A stretch of 63,471 nt of DNA, the filler included, from Reticulomyxa filosa (lineage: Eukaryota > Protista > Foraminifera): NCBI GenBank assembly GCA_000512085.1. It is 14 parts of 14 records of this genome, joined end to end, with 100 filler letters (N's around TTAATTAATTAA, not from the genome) between each part and the next. Parts side by side here need not be neighbours in the genome. Positions count along the whole stretch, not along the records: positions 44,596 to 54,599 come from ASPP01031154.1; positions 54,700 to 57,821 come from ASPP01009092.1; positions 57,922 to 62,198 come from ASPP01027461.1; positions 62,299 to 63,471 come from ASPP01002980.1; 10 more parts are not named here. One strand, given 5' to 3'. Position numbers and translations under genes: made by a program. Below are positions 49,363 through 63,039 of this stretch, one piece after another (the first letter of the stretch is position 1; every line of letters starts with the position of its first letter). A model generated the notes under the pieces. That model saw only the letters and a list, made by a program, of their open reading frames with translations, had not been told where the DNA came from and did no database searches.

Positions 49363-52300
49363 CTAAATTTGGTTTTTATTGAGTACTCGCTTGACTTCAC
49401 TGGCTAATCTCCACGAATGTCCTTGATGGAAACCCCAGACAACCCACATTTTGTTATTCCATCCATGAAGTACTTTTCTTCCATTAATTTTGTATTTCCA
49501 GCATAAATAATCATAATATTTGCAAACTTTTTCGTTCCATCCAAGGCTTTGTATAAATTGACTTACTTGTGAAATTTTCCATTTCTTTATTTCGTATCTA
49601 TTTTTTCCTTTCATCGTATTATATACTTTTCTGGAGTTTTCTAGAAACTCTAGCGAACTGGGTTTTTCTTCCATTTCAGACTTGCTTGGTTTTGAGGGGA
49701 TTTTATTTTCGTCAAACGTTTCTGGTACCTCATTCGACTCCTTTCATTCCATTTTATTAGTGGAAATCGCATAATTGTAGAGTTTATACGATATAAAGGG
49801 AGCATTTGTCCAAAAAAAAAAAAAAAAAAAGAACAAAAAATTGTTTAACTATTCGAATTCGTTTTTCTTTGGACTTTGGAAACGTCTCTGCTCCAGGTGG
49901 TAAAACCGGCTGCTTTACAGCAGGCAGTGGCAGTATAATCGGTTTGATTTCCATTTGGCTGTCGATTTTTTGTTCTTCGTCTAGTTCCTCTTTGAACTTT
50001 TTCAGATACATTTCATTAATGACATCGCTGAGTGTAGCGCCTCTGTCCTTCTTTGAACCGATTTTGTCCTCACTTTCAGGTGAACTGCTTTGGATCTGCT
50101 CGGCAGCAATCGACGTGCCATCGTTTGATGTCGTCTTACTGCTACTACTACCACTGCTACTGCTACTGCTACTGCTACTGCTACTGCTGCTACCGTCACC
50201 ACCACCGCCACCGCTACTTCCACTGCTCCCCGATTTTGCAATGTCCTCTTCAATGGTACTGGCACTCTTGCTTTCTCTTGACTTCTTTGGCTATACAAAA
50301 TCGATTTACAAAAAAAAAAAATAGATAATTTGTGTCGTCCATGTTCGAAAGTGTGACAAGGGATTGATAGGAAAAGAAACAACTTGTTGGTTTTGTGGTG
50401 CGTCGGCCGACTTGACTTGCGGGACAACGGCTTGTGATAACGATGGTTCAGACGCCACGGCGGTTTCAATGGAATCTGCGGCTGACTGGACCGAGATAGG
50501 TGGCATACCGGTACTAACGACAATACTTTTCCGTCTGGGAGGGATGCTTGCCCCCACTGTTGCTTTTTCTGATGCCGTTGTCAAGACCAAATTCGAATTT
50601 ATATCTGCATTTGCACTTTTGTCTGGAATTGCTTCACCTGCACTTGAACTTGTATTTGTATTTGTATTTGCATTTGCATTTGTACTTATGTTTGAATCTA
50701 TGTTTACATTTACATTGCTATCAGTATCGATATCAATATCCATATCCACATCTGCATCTGCATCTGCATCTGCATCTGCATCTGCATCTGTATCAATATC
50801 CTTATTTGCAATTGCAATTGCAATTGCAGTTGAAGGAACATCTCTGGGTGTATTATCCGACTGCTCTGACGCAGACTCAAAGCCAGATACGGGCTGCTTG
50901 TGCTTGTCTTGGCTGAGACGCCTTTGTTGATTAGCAGACTTCTTTTCTTGGGTTTGCTCTTGCTCGTTTTCAGTTTCAGTTTCGCGGTCTCGTTCCGAGT
51001 CTTCGTTGATTATTTTCATTGCCAACTCTTTTTGCTTTTGCTTTTGCTTTTGTTTCTCTTTGTCCGTGTCCGGCTCTTTTTCCTTGGTTTTTTCGCGGTC
51101 CTTGAGTTTGTCTTTATTCGTAACTTGGATGGACTGCGCCAGCTGTTTGTCAGATAAAACGAGCTTGCGATACAAATCCATGTCCAAGTCGCTTTCGTCG
51201 TATCTTTGCTCTTTCACTTCGTCCATCAATGATCGCAGCTCCTCGCTTTTCAAATTCGAGCGCTCGCTTTTGAGTTGTTCAGATGACATTTGGCTCATTT
51301 GTTGTTGCTGTTTCATATACATACATACGTATACACATATGTATGTACATATACATATATATATATACATATATGTTTATGTATACGTATATATGTAAAT
51401 GTACATACATACATACATACATACATATATGTTCTCTGTCAAAGTCTTACTCAACTGCCATCGGATGCAATGCCTTTTCACTTAGCAAAATCTCCAATGG
51501 GACAGGCTTGCCTTCCAAGCGATATTCTTCAAGTTTGACTAAGAAATTCACCAAGCTTTGGTCGTACCCTTGCATCATTTGCGTCGATTGCTGTATTATC
51601 ACACAGTGTTGTAGCGTATGTCAAAGTTATTACGTATATACATATACATATATACATATATACATATTTATATATATGTACATATATATATAAATATATA
51701 TATAAATATATATACATATATATATATTTATATATTTATAAATGTATGCAAACTCTGCGAATATGCGTCAGTCTGGCCGGGTCGACAACCGACGACTTTC
51801 GACTTTGTCCGCGTCCAAAGGGATCGATATGATAGTCACTGTTGTCAGCAGAGTTGGGTCCTTGAATGAAGTAGCCGGACATGTCGTCCTGAGCGGCGTT
51901 GGTATCACGCAGCAGCTGAGCGTCGGACGCACTGAGAAAGCCGAGTTCCTCTCGTTGCGAGCTCAAGAAGGAGGACATGTCAACGGCAGGTTCATCGCGC
52001 GTGAGACTGCCGCCCATCCACGAGGAAGTGCGTTGATTGGTGGCCAGACGACTGGGTCTGGAGAGGCCCAAGTCTTGGGGGAGCATGCCGGTCATGGCAC
52101 CACGACGATGAGCAGTGACTGGAGTAGGCATGGACATGACAGATGAGGCGGAAGGCATGGACGGCATCAGAGGAATAGTGGGTTGTGCAGGAGTGACAGA
52201 TTTGTCAGGTTCGGTAGCTCCAAAGATGGACAAGATGGTAAGCGAGGGTACCTTTTCATGTCGAATGACGACTGATGATGCCGAGTCATTTCTGGTATGT

Positions 52301-53203
52301 CCAATGTTGTGTTCTTGATCTTGATCCCGATCCAGATCCGGATCATAATCTTCGTCGGCAATGTCCAAGTAACTGTCAACTCCGCCTCTGCGAGTCGACA
52401 GAATCGGGTTTAACAGTGAGCTGTCCATTTTAGGTGTTTCGAGTGCTCCCGTCGTCGGCGACGCCACAAACAACGAGTTGGCCGAAGTGTTGCCCAATGC
52501 GTGTGGCGACATTGCCCGCGTCGGATATGCTGATGTCAACACCGGAGACACTCCTTCCTTTTTGTCCATCGCCGATATGTTGTCCATGCTCAAATTCCTT
52601 TGAAATCGATCAAATCGATCTTTGCGTTTGTCTGCACGACGTTTGCGCCATTCTCTCTTTTTTTTTTTTTATAATTTTAATAAAATGTATTGATTTCTGA
52701 ATTTTATTATTATTTTTTTTAACAAATTCAAACTTCAAACAAAAATAAACTGCTTTTGAAATGGCATTGTCTTCCGAGTCCAACTCTTCTGCCGATTTCA
52801 ACTCGGTAATACTAATACTTCGTCTTTTGCGATATCCATCACCCGATGACCCCGGTGTTCCTATTGCTGCTGTCATGTCCTCCGACAGAATGAAAATGTC
52901 CATCCCTTTGGTATTGGCGACAGTCGCTGGAGTGGTGGTCCCTCTTCGTTGTGACACAATTTCATAGGGCATCTCCACCTCGTTCTCTGTGTCGTTGTCT
53001 GTGCCGTGCATATGTCGCAGTCGATCGTCGATGCCGGTGCCCGGTTCGCTTTGGCTCTTTGTCTTTGCTATCGCTCTTTCTCGCTTATCTCGTACTCTGT
53101 CGTCTCGTTGACTTGATCGAATTGGTGATTTGCTTCTGTGCTCTCGAAAATCTGAGGCAATATTACTTCGAAACTCGCTTGTTGCTCTTAAATCATCCGT
53201 CAT
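49363..53203 (-). CDS. Large multi-exon low-complexity protein with C-terminal SAM domain
   Basis: Successive GC-richer minus-strand ORFs separated by (AT)n/(ATAC)n and T/A-run introns; C-term [18 protein letters not shown]...[10 protein letters not shown]...[10 protein letters not shown] is SAM-like. Confidence 0.7.
51316..51737. repeat. Intronic (AT)n/(ATAC)n microsatellites
   Basis: Long tracts at about 51316-51430 and 51633-51737. Confidence 0.9.
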
Positions 53204-54068
53204 TATGTGCTTTTTTTGTTGTTTTGCTCCTTTTCTCAAACAAAACTGTAAACGGTGGACACAAATGTAAATAAGAGAAATTTCTTTATTTAACGGAAAT
53301 ACATATGTAAGTTATTTAGAAAAATTGCATTATTATTGCTTTCATTTTATCATAATAATAATGTTTTTGCTGTCTTTTTTTTCCTAAAGTTATTGTGAAG
53401 TGTAATTGGCACTTTATCGAAACTAGCTCCTTTTGTAACTCGAAGGCAAGCACAACTGATTTGAAATATTAAGTAATAATATGAACGAATACAAATTCAA
53501 AAGTTTTTGGAAGAGATAGTCACATCTGCTGTTATTGACAAATCTTATGTGTTCGCAAACGATTTAATAATAAATAGTCTGTTGGACAACCACAAAGAGA
53601 CTGCGAACTATGACAAAAAATTGTATATTTGTATTATTCATGTAGTAATACTGTCCTGATTTGCGCAAAAGCGACTTGCACTTCAAAACGTTCTAAAGTG
53701 GATGAAACGATATCTGTTTGTACGTGCATTTTTATTATTATATGATTAAGATTCAATCAATCAATAACATAATACTGGATCAAGTTGAATACTCAGTTTA
53801 ATGCAGTGTAAATATGACAGATATTGTAAAAGCAGTATTTGGAAACAATTTCGTCATTATCAAAGACTTCTTTATATAGTATTAAAAACATTTTGCACTT
53901 TTCAAAATAGCATTCTCGACTATAATCAGCATCTATGTGATAAAATCAACATCGCGATATTAAGAAAATTATAGTTTTTGTTTTCATTGTCAAATCATAT
54001 ACTTTTAAAAGGATACTTTTCATTTCTTCACCTTTTTTAAAAAATCTAAAATATCATAGTTTCTTAAA

Positions 54069-54599
54069 ATGAGCAATCAAACCTTTCAAACTTTGAAGGA
54101 GTTACCCATTCGACTTGATCATGCTCAATGTGTGATACACAAACACGAATTACTCATTTGTGGAGGTTGGGACAAAAGAGATTGTTATTCTTATCATAAA
54201 ATCAAAAACGAATACAAGCTTATCTGTAAGTATCCAAGTGATGTCGAATTATGGGGACACTGTGTAGTGAAACTAGTAGATAACAACAACAAAGACAGCA
54301 ATCAAATCACTATATTGTCTTTTGGTGGAGATATATACAAGCATACATTGGTGATGAAATATATAAGTGTTTGGAGTAATTTATCAGATATATCAAACAA
54401 ATCAAATGAATTCAACAATTACAATCAATGGATTCCTTTCAAAGATAATCACAATAATCCAATTATCATTGGAAGAGATGATGATAATTATCATGGAATG
54501 CGTGCAGTGATTGGTGGAAGCAACAATAATTTGTTATTTATCACTTATCATCCAGAGAATATTAGTGTATTTGATTTAAATACATTTCAATTTATTAAA
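54069..54599 (+). CDS. Kelch-like beta-propeller protein of an expanded family, 3' truncated
   Basis: ELLICGG..RDCYSYH, GHCVV, ILSFGG, RAVIGGSNNNLLFITY...ISVFDLNTFQFIK; the last segment is nearly identical to the gene at 18016-19860. Confidence 0.88.
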
Positions 54600-54777
54600 N
54601 NNNNNNNNNNNNNNNNNNNNNNNNNNNNNNNNNNNNNNNNNNNTTAATTAATTAANNNNNNNNNNNNNNNNNNNNNNNNNNNNNNNNNNNNNNNNNNNNA
54701 AAAAAAAAAAAAAGGGGGAAAAAAAAAATTAAAAAAAAAAAAACTTGACGTAAAGTTTATCAATCTGATTTTGATAG

Positions 54778-55542
54778 CATCCGGATCATGATGTGAGACA
54801 TGGAGAACAGTTGATGAAAAGAGTGTATGAGTCATTAAGACAATCCCCAATTTGGGAAGACTCCTTGTTGCTCATATTTTATGATGAACATGGTGGATTT
54901 TTCGATCATGGTACGCTTGAACCCCTTTTTTTTTTTTTTTACTTTATATATATATGCATATACGTTCTCTTGAGAGGGGGGAAGCAAGATTACCGTACAT
55001 ATAGTTTTTTTTTGTGATTGAAATGAATAGTCCCCCCACCTTTGGCAGTTAGTCCAGATGGCCGTGTTGCTACTGATGTGTCCCCTCCGTTCAATTTTAC
55101 TAGATATGGAATTCGAATCCCAGCTGTGCTGGTGTCCCCCTACATTAGCAAAGGCACTTTGGCGAACCGTGCAGATCCCAGCTCTTTGTCACAGTATTCT
55201 CACAGCTCTTTGCCTCACACGATGAGAGAGCAATTTGCACCGGATTATCCTCCTTTCAATGACAGAGAAGACATTGCTTTAACCTTTGAAAATTTGCTGG
55301 ATTTGGACTATCCCAGACAAGACTGTCCGACCAAGTTGCCTGATGTCCCATCTTCTCCGTCTTCATTTGAAATGTATCCAATTGGATCTCAACCCGTTTC
55401 TGACTTTCAGCTCAATCTCGCCTATTCCATTGCTCCACTTTGTGGTGCTTCTCACCAAGACATTGAGGAACACAGCAAGAACCAAGAAATCTTGGGCAGA
55501 TTTCTTATGGATTGCACTGAATTTTTTGTGAAATCGGGCTAA
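54778..55542 (+). CDS. Non-specific phospholipase C / phosphoesterase family protein (5' partial); intron 54911-55030
   Basis: [54 protein letters not shown] and YSHSSLP are plant NPC / bacterial PlcN motifs. Confidence 0.92.
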
Positions 55543-56942
55543 TTCTCTTTTCTTCTTTTTTTTTACTATCTCAGAAGTCTTTGTAAATTCGTTGAGATAC
55601 TTGGCAACCAAAAACAAAGAGCTCATTGTGTTATCAGCGATTTCATGTAAAATTAATGATATTTGGTACCTTTTCAAAACTAACCGAAATTTAAACTGTC
55701 TACAAGAAAGTAATCTCTTCAATTGTTTCTCTTTCATGTATAGAAGTGTGTTGCTAGCATAGATTGTAATAAAAAATTTATTTCAGCAAAAAATGAAAAC
55801 AGATTAACAACAAAATCAAAGTGAAAAAGTTGATGGAGTGAAAGTAAAGAAGTTTTTGGACTAAGCCTCAAGGTTTTCTTTAGCTTGTCGGCAATTGAAC
55901 AATGAAACATTAATGTTTTCAAGTTACAAATCTAAGTATACACGTACACATAACTATAGTTACTCTTTATGTACGATCTTAAATGACAATAATTGCAGGT
56001 TTTACATCGAAACATATAATAAAAGTATTTGCAAATTAAAGGCTTACATGTTATATTCAATATAATCAAAACTGCGATTATCCATTAGTTTTAATTTTGT
56101 TATTTTTTATCCTCTTTTTTTAGGTGTAAGTTAAACAATAAATAATAATACCAAAACAATGTACAATTCATTCATGTCATAAACAATATAGTTCACATTT
56201 TCCAAAGACAAATTTTCCTTGCTAGTCACACCACTTAAGAAAAACTATGTTTCACTAGTAAGAAACTAGTTTTTTCTTTTTCGGAATAAGGTCGAATATG
56301 CAACAGTATATAAACTGCGTCAGAAAACAATAAAAAGACATAACATCAATCTTAATGATTACTTATTTTTTAAATTATATCACATTTTGAACTAGTAGTT
56401 TAACTGTTTATTACGTGCTGAGGAACACAAAACCCAATAGACTATTACTTTTTTTAATAGTGTAGTACATTGCCACAGAACAAAGGTTCATTAATCTCTT
56501 TGTAATCGAATATTTTTGATATATTGTAGAAAACCTGGAGCGGAAAAGCACGTTTTAAGAAAGTAAGAATGCGTTTTTGACTTAAATTAAAAAGAAAACA
56601 ACTTTGTATATTTCCTGACTCCACTGTGACGTAAGTAGTCTCACTACAATATGCTGTATAATTTTAAAGTGCTTTTATTATCGAGATACATTAATCAGTA
56701 GGAGAAGTATTTTACTTGACTGAAATTTTTTTCTTTGCTGTTTTAAACAAAAAAATGTTGTGCCAATTAAGAGTTAACGAGTAAATATTTTTGTTCTTGA
56801 AAGGTCTTACTGTACTACAATGTCATTCTCCTCTGAATTCAACGTACTGTTGTTTATCCAGCAAAAGAGTGTTTTCAAAAACTGTTTTTGTTGTGTAAAA
56901 AGGGGAGAATGAAAACGGGTAGGGGAAAAAAAAGCAAAGCAC

Positions 56943-57760
56943 ATGGCTGGATTAAGTTTGATGGGCCGGCTAGGCAAAGAAAGTGAAGAGGATGGTCGTC
57001 CACCACGCTCTTCTGAATATTCCAGAGATACAGAAATTCGTATCAATGAAGGTGACTTTTTTCGGAACAAAAAAACAAAAGACACCCGAAATAACGAAGA
57101 TATATTCCTCTTGATTCAAAAGAGAGAGACGTAATAACAAGTACACTGACAAACAACCAGGGACTAGCAATGAAAAAGATGACGCAACCGTAAAGGACAC
57201 TCTTCTCGCGAATAATTTCGATGACAGAGAAAATGTTTTGTTTCTTTCCCTTTTCCTCCCCTCCTAAAAAAAAAATCCCTTTGCGGGAGAGGGAGGAAAA
57301 AAAAAAAAAATACAAAATGACAAAAAAAAAATAGCCAGATACATTTACAGCTGCATGCGAAGAAATCAAAAGCGATATCGAGAGAATGGAAGACAATGTA
57401 ACAAAAGTAGATGCATGTGTGTCTCGATTAGTCAAGGCAACTTCCAATTCCGAGGAAAATGGTTTTAAAAAAAAAAACAACTTTTTTGAGGGAGAAGATA
57501 TTTTTTTTTCTTGTTGTTATTTATACCATCATATGCATATACATATGTATGAAATATGTAAATATGCGTGTAGACGTAATCTCGCAATTGAATAAGATAA
57601 TGTCCGAAAATAGCAAGATATCGCAGGCAATAAAAATAAAGCTGAAAAGCCAAAAACAAGAAAACGACAAATTTAGTGCAAACAAACCGGGGTCGAGTGT
57701 CGTTCAGTGGCGAGTCAACCAATTTAATACCTGTGCACTTAAATTTCAAGCTTGGTATTT
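56943..57760 (+). CDS. Qa-SNARE syntaxin (syntaxin-1-like Habc region), multi-exon, 3' truncated
   Basis: FTAACEEIKSDIERMEDNV, ISQAIKIKLKSQK and SSVVQWRVNQFNTCALKF match syntaxin Ha/Hb/Hc helices. Confidence 0.75.
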
Positions 57761-57779
57761 CCTTCAAACAAAGTGTTAC

Positions 57780-57810
<31 letters not shown>

Positions 57811-59539
57811 TTTTTTTTTTTNNNNNNNNNNNNNNNNNNNNNNNNNNNNNNNNNNNNNNNNNNNNTTAATTAATTAANNNNNNNNNNNNNNNNNNNNNNN
57901 NNNNNNNNNNNNNNNNNNNNNAAATACCTCTAAAATGAAGATCAAATCATTTATCAATATTATCAGCAATAACAAGCGCAAGAGAAAGACCAAAGAATGG
58001 TTTAGTATTGCATTGTGGAAAAGAAAAAAATGACAATACATTTCTTAAAAGATAATTATATTATTCTCATTTGGGATGAACTTCTTAAACGGCTTTTGCT
58101 CCATAATATAAAGATTATGATGTAAATTGGAATTTGTTATTGATCATTCAGAAGAAGGAAGATGATACATTTGTTGAAGGTTTTGGTAGAATTGTATGTT
58201 TGACGCTTCCACGTTCGTCTTGTAACAAACATTTTTTGTGCTCTTGATATGATCTTTTGACGGTAGTGCTAATGATATCATTAACATTTCGTTTTCCCTT
58301 GTAACAAGTGTTTTATTCAATTTCTTTTTCCATTGTTACAACAGGTGCACCATGTGAGTTTGAGTTATTTCCTTTTTTTTACCATTTTCTTTAAGCAATG
58401 TAAAGTTATTTCTCCAAATTTTTCTTTCAAAAAAAAAAAGAAGATATTTCAAATATTATTGCAAAAATTTCTCATTTTTTTCAAAAGAGCTATTTCTTCA
58501 ACTTTTTCTTGTGATAATATATCAATTACAAATAAACCAATTTGTCCAATTTCTTAAAGATAATCATTTGAACAAGAGATAAGCGAATACTATTGATTTA
58601 AATCATTTGGAAACATAGAATGAATCAAAACCACAACGTCAGGATAATCATGTTCTAATTCATCCAGAATAAAACAACCCAATTGCCTCATTGAATTTTG
58701 AAATATTTAATAAATTAATTCCTAATTACATTAATTCATTTGTATTAGTATTGAAATGACAACAAATAACAGATTTGTCTGTGAATAAGTTTTTTAATTT
58801 TCAAATTATCAAAATAACATGTTTAACAAGCATTTCGATTTTACTTGAAAAATTGTAAACTTCCACAAATTATAAAAACAATAATTTGGAATATTTTTCA
58901 ATTATAATATTTTTAATTATCAAAACTTTTAACTAATTGTACTTCTTCAGAATTGTTGCTTATTTTAAAACATAGAGTCAATTTACGTTTGTTTTGGTCT
59001 AATTTTGTTAGCAAGCTATTTGTAATACTTTGAATTAACGTTTACATTGAATAATTTCCACTGCTATTATCAATTTGATATAATCCTTGAAAAATTTTCA
59101 GTTAAATCCAATTTTCCAATAATATTTGTCATCTGTAGTCATAGCACGTTTTCACTGATTGATTGAAATGTATAAACACTTTTTCTATGATCACCACTTC
59201 CAATGATAATAACAATACTTTTTATTCGTTGTTTATTATGCATATTTTTACAAACAAATATCTTTAAGATCTTTGTTGTAATGTGATTGGTTTTCTGTTA
59301 AAAAAGTTTTAATGTTGAAATTTGATTTAATTGAAAAAAATTGGATTGATAGTAATGAGATTACTTTAAAAAGGTAATTTTTTTTAACCGAGTTATTTCA
59401 AATAATTCGAAAAACTTTTAACAAAATAAATTCTGTTATTTTTTCTAAGTTGTAAATAAATTTTAATTTTATTTAATTAAATATTTCATTTCACGATAAA
59501 TAAACATATTTATGGCTATATCAAAAAGAAATAATTTGG

Positions 59540-59640
59540 TACTTTAGCAATATTGTATATATATGTATTGTCTTCACTCAATATCTCAAAACAATTATGT
59601 AATCCATATTTTTCTTGTATTGAATACTTTACTCTTTTTC
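59540..59640 (-). pseudogene. Short remnant of the expanded Kelch family
   Basis: VKYSIQE..LHNCFEILSEDNTYIY resembles HKYLIQE...LYNCFAVLSEDKKHIH of the 19109-19714 ORF. Confidence 0.6.
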
Positions 59641-59770
59641 CTGTCTTTACGACAAAAGAAAAACTGTCAATATGTACATCACACGAAAATGTTGATTTGT
59701 TGATTTGAGGAAAATTTGCTTCATTTAATTCACTCAAAAAGATGTTATTTTTTTATAGAAAATAATATTA

Positions 59771-61161
59771 TCACCAAACATGAATAAGACCTATGCCCGT
59801 GCCATAACACAAGTTAATATCACACACACTATCATTACCTCTTTTTCTATTCTTTTTTAATTGTACAAATTTAATACATCTTATTCCATTTTCTTTATCG
59901 TCTCCGTTGATCACATACAATTCTTTCTTATTTGATCGAATATCCCAAAAACGAATTGTATTATCTGCTGATCCAGAACATACCACATTTGAAGTACCAC
60001 TAACCTCTTCATTATTTACTACAAATGGTGAATATTCAGCTGTGTATACAATATTTGTGTGTCCATTAAATACTTGAATTTGTTTACCAGATCGAATATC
60101 CCATAAGCGAACACTTTTATCATATGATCCAGATAATATTGTATTTGCACCATCAATGTTTCCTAATTCGTTTGATCCATATTTTGCACTCCTTACATAA
60201 TATTCGTGCCCTTTGAATACAATAAATTGCTTAGTTGTTTCAATATCCCATATGCGAACGGTATAATCAAATGACCCAGAACAAATTGTATATCCATTAC
60301 CACCAATCACGCCAACACTATTACTTTTACTATTGTTGATGCTATTGCTTTGCAATGGTGAAATATCCACGCACCAGACGGCACCTTCATGTCTACCGAA
60401 AACATGCATAATTTAGATGTTTCAACATCCCATAAACGAATATTCCAATCATCAAATCCAGAACACAAATACTTGCCACCGTTAAATGGTGAAAATTCAA
60501 TTCCATAAACACCAAATCGATTTCCATTGAATAATTTTAATTGTCGATTACCTTTGACATCCCAAAAACGAATAGTTTTGTCATAAGATGAAGAACAAAT
60601 GACATTAAGATTATAAGTATTATAATGATATGGTGAAAATTTTACACAATACACAGAATCTGAATGTCCACTGAATAATTGAATTTGTTTGTTTGTTTCT
60701 ATGTCCCATACACGAACTGTTGTATCATCTGATCCAGAACAAATGAATTGACAATCACCAAATGTTGGATAATCAATACTATTCATCCAATTTTCATGCC
60801 CATTGAATGTTTTGAGTAATTTAGACTTTGAACAAAACGAATCAAGCATGAAGGTGGTGATCGTCTACGTTCATTAGTGAGTAATATGAATAAAAACATT
60901 AAATAAATACTCATATTGAATAAAAAGACACAAAAATACATAACATATTTGACAACAAATTTATCAAAATGATGGATCCATCCTAGCTTTATCTTTAATT
61001 TTCGAATCCAATGTTGGATGATTATTTGGATTTCTTTTTCTTTTGACTAATTTATATACAATAATACAATAAAATTTAAAACAACGAGCTTTTTTAAAAT
61101 TTGAACTGGAGCTTACTGTTAGTTTGCCTAAAGTTTGTTTTTCATTGCGAATGGTAATCAT
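59771..61161 (-). CDS. WD40-repeat family gene with HW-box exon; exons 61117-61161, 60945-61046, 59771-60864; 1-nt frameshift near 60410 (error or young pseudogene)
   Basis: Collinear paralog of 9119-10509 (GVIGGNGYTICSGS, RSNKKELYVI) with the same intron positions. Confidence 0.9.
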
Positions 61162-63039
61162 TCTTTCAACTTCTTTTTTTTTTCTCTTAGATGATTAAGG
61201 TGAAAAAATATTTAACCTTTCTTCAAGACAAGTGAAAGGGTTTTCGAAAACGCTGTTTTTGAATGTCAAATTACTCTTTATGATTATTAAAATATTTACC
61301 AAAATAACAAAATTGCTATTTCTGTTTTACAATGCAATGTCCTATAAGAGATCTCAAATCAAATTAATTCTCTCCTTTCAGCACACAAATAATCGACTTT
61401 ATTCATTTAAATAAGTAAAAATAGATTATTTTTAAACCAAAAAATGAAAATGAGTTAATTTAAACTGTGTTCAGTCTTTTTCAAATGAAGTTTTAGAGAA
61501 AAAAATTATATTATATGTTATAGAATTAAGACTAATATTGTTATTTGAAAGAGACAAGAAATTAAAGAAAATAAAAGTACGAAAATATTATTTCTGCAAT
61601 ACAAGTCCTATATTGAATGTAAAAGAATTAATATCACAAATATCAATTCTGAAACTAATCGTATTATATAAAAGATTTGCACATAAATTGAAAACATACA
61701 CGTTTTCGTAATCACGGAGAACGTGTTTGTGCATCTTTAAAATCAAGAGAAAAAGAATTACTATTAATTGCAGAACAATTCAATTCAAGACAGCATTAAG
61801 TAATTGTGTTATAATTTTAAATTTTCTGGTATTCTCATGCACAAAAAATTCGTTGGTATTCAATACTGCGCATAAAGTGGATATATTCCAAGTTTGCAAA
61901 GTTACGAGTTCACATAATAAAACCAATTATAGATTCAATTCCAAAAAGCAAAAACTGGACAAATTAAAATAAACGTAATCCAAACAATATCTATTTATCA
62001 TATTAACAGATAGAAAAAAAAGGAATATTATGCAAACTTCTGTGAACAAAAAGCCTTGATTGTTTGTTTTTGAAAAAGCAATGGGAAGTTTCCACACTAA
62101 AGGGATCAATTAGGTATTTTTCTCTCTTTTGTTGCGTTTAATAATAATAGTAATTATTAATATTATTTTAAGAAAGGGCTTTGTCAAGTATTTTATTGNN
62201 NNNNNNNNNNNNNNNNNNNNNNNNNNNNNNNNNNNNNNNNNNTTAATTAATTAANNNNNNNNNNNNNNNNNNNNNNNNNNNNNNNNNNNNNNNNNNNNCG
62301 CTTTGCTTTGCGCTGCTTGTTGTATGTGACTACAAAAGAAAAATTTGTTAAAAAGGTTGGAAAGCGCAAGTAAGTCATAGCAAAGTGTTGCTATCAGCCT
62401 TGAAATTGATTTAATATGATTTTTATATTGCTTTTGTTTAAAATAGGCAAATCTCCGAGCAATTAAGTGTTACACATGTCTAAGTCGTGTGGAAGAAGCC
62501 AAGCAAGCTGCCGACAGTTTGTAGGAAAAAGATATATATAGAAGAAAGTATGAAGAAAAAAGATATTATAGAAATAATACAATCATGAAATAAAAATAAA
62601 AATAAAAAAATAAAAATGAACATATGCTTTGAGTATATATCTAAACAACAATGAATTAAGACAGTTGCGAAATCGCATTGACATAATTCAACACAAAATC
62701 CAAATAGTATGTGAAAAACTCTTTCTAATAGAATACACATTACTATTTGCATTGGTAAAGCCTTACTACAAATATCATTATCAAAGCAATGATAGCATTA
62801 TGAAGACACATGACGAAAATAGCAAAATATAATAGAATACAAATGAAGACAAACAAGTATAGTCAGCTAACGGAGAATGATGCATGATATTATATCATTA
62901 TTACAATTAACTTATCAAAGATAAATTTTTATTTTTTTTTTTTTTAAATAAAAATTTATATATCTTTTGTTGTGTTTTAATCTAGTTTGATATTAATTTC
63001 TTTATTACAAAATCAAAATATCGGCTTCGCTACAGACAA

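Noticed and set aside
50002-51398. Long overlapping antisense ORFs (ASASAS, LHLHLH, poly-L)
   Set aside because: Shadow frames of coding microsatellites such as (TGCATC)n and (TACTGC)n in the real minus-strand gene
57922-58700. Stop-interrupted minus-strand reading frame
   Set aside because: No recognisable motif; cannot support a call
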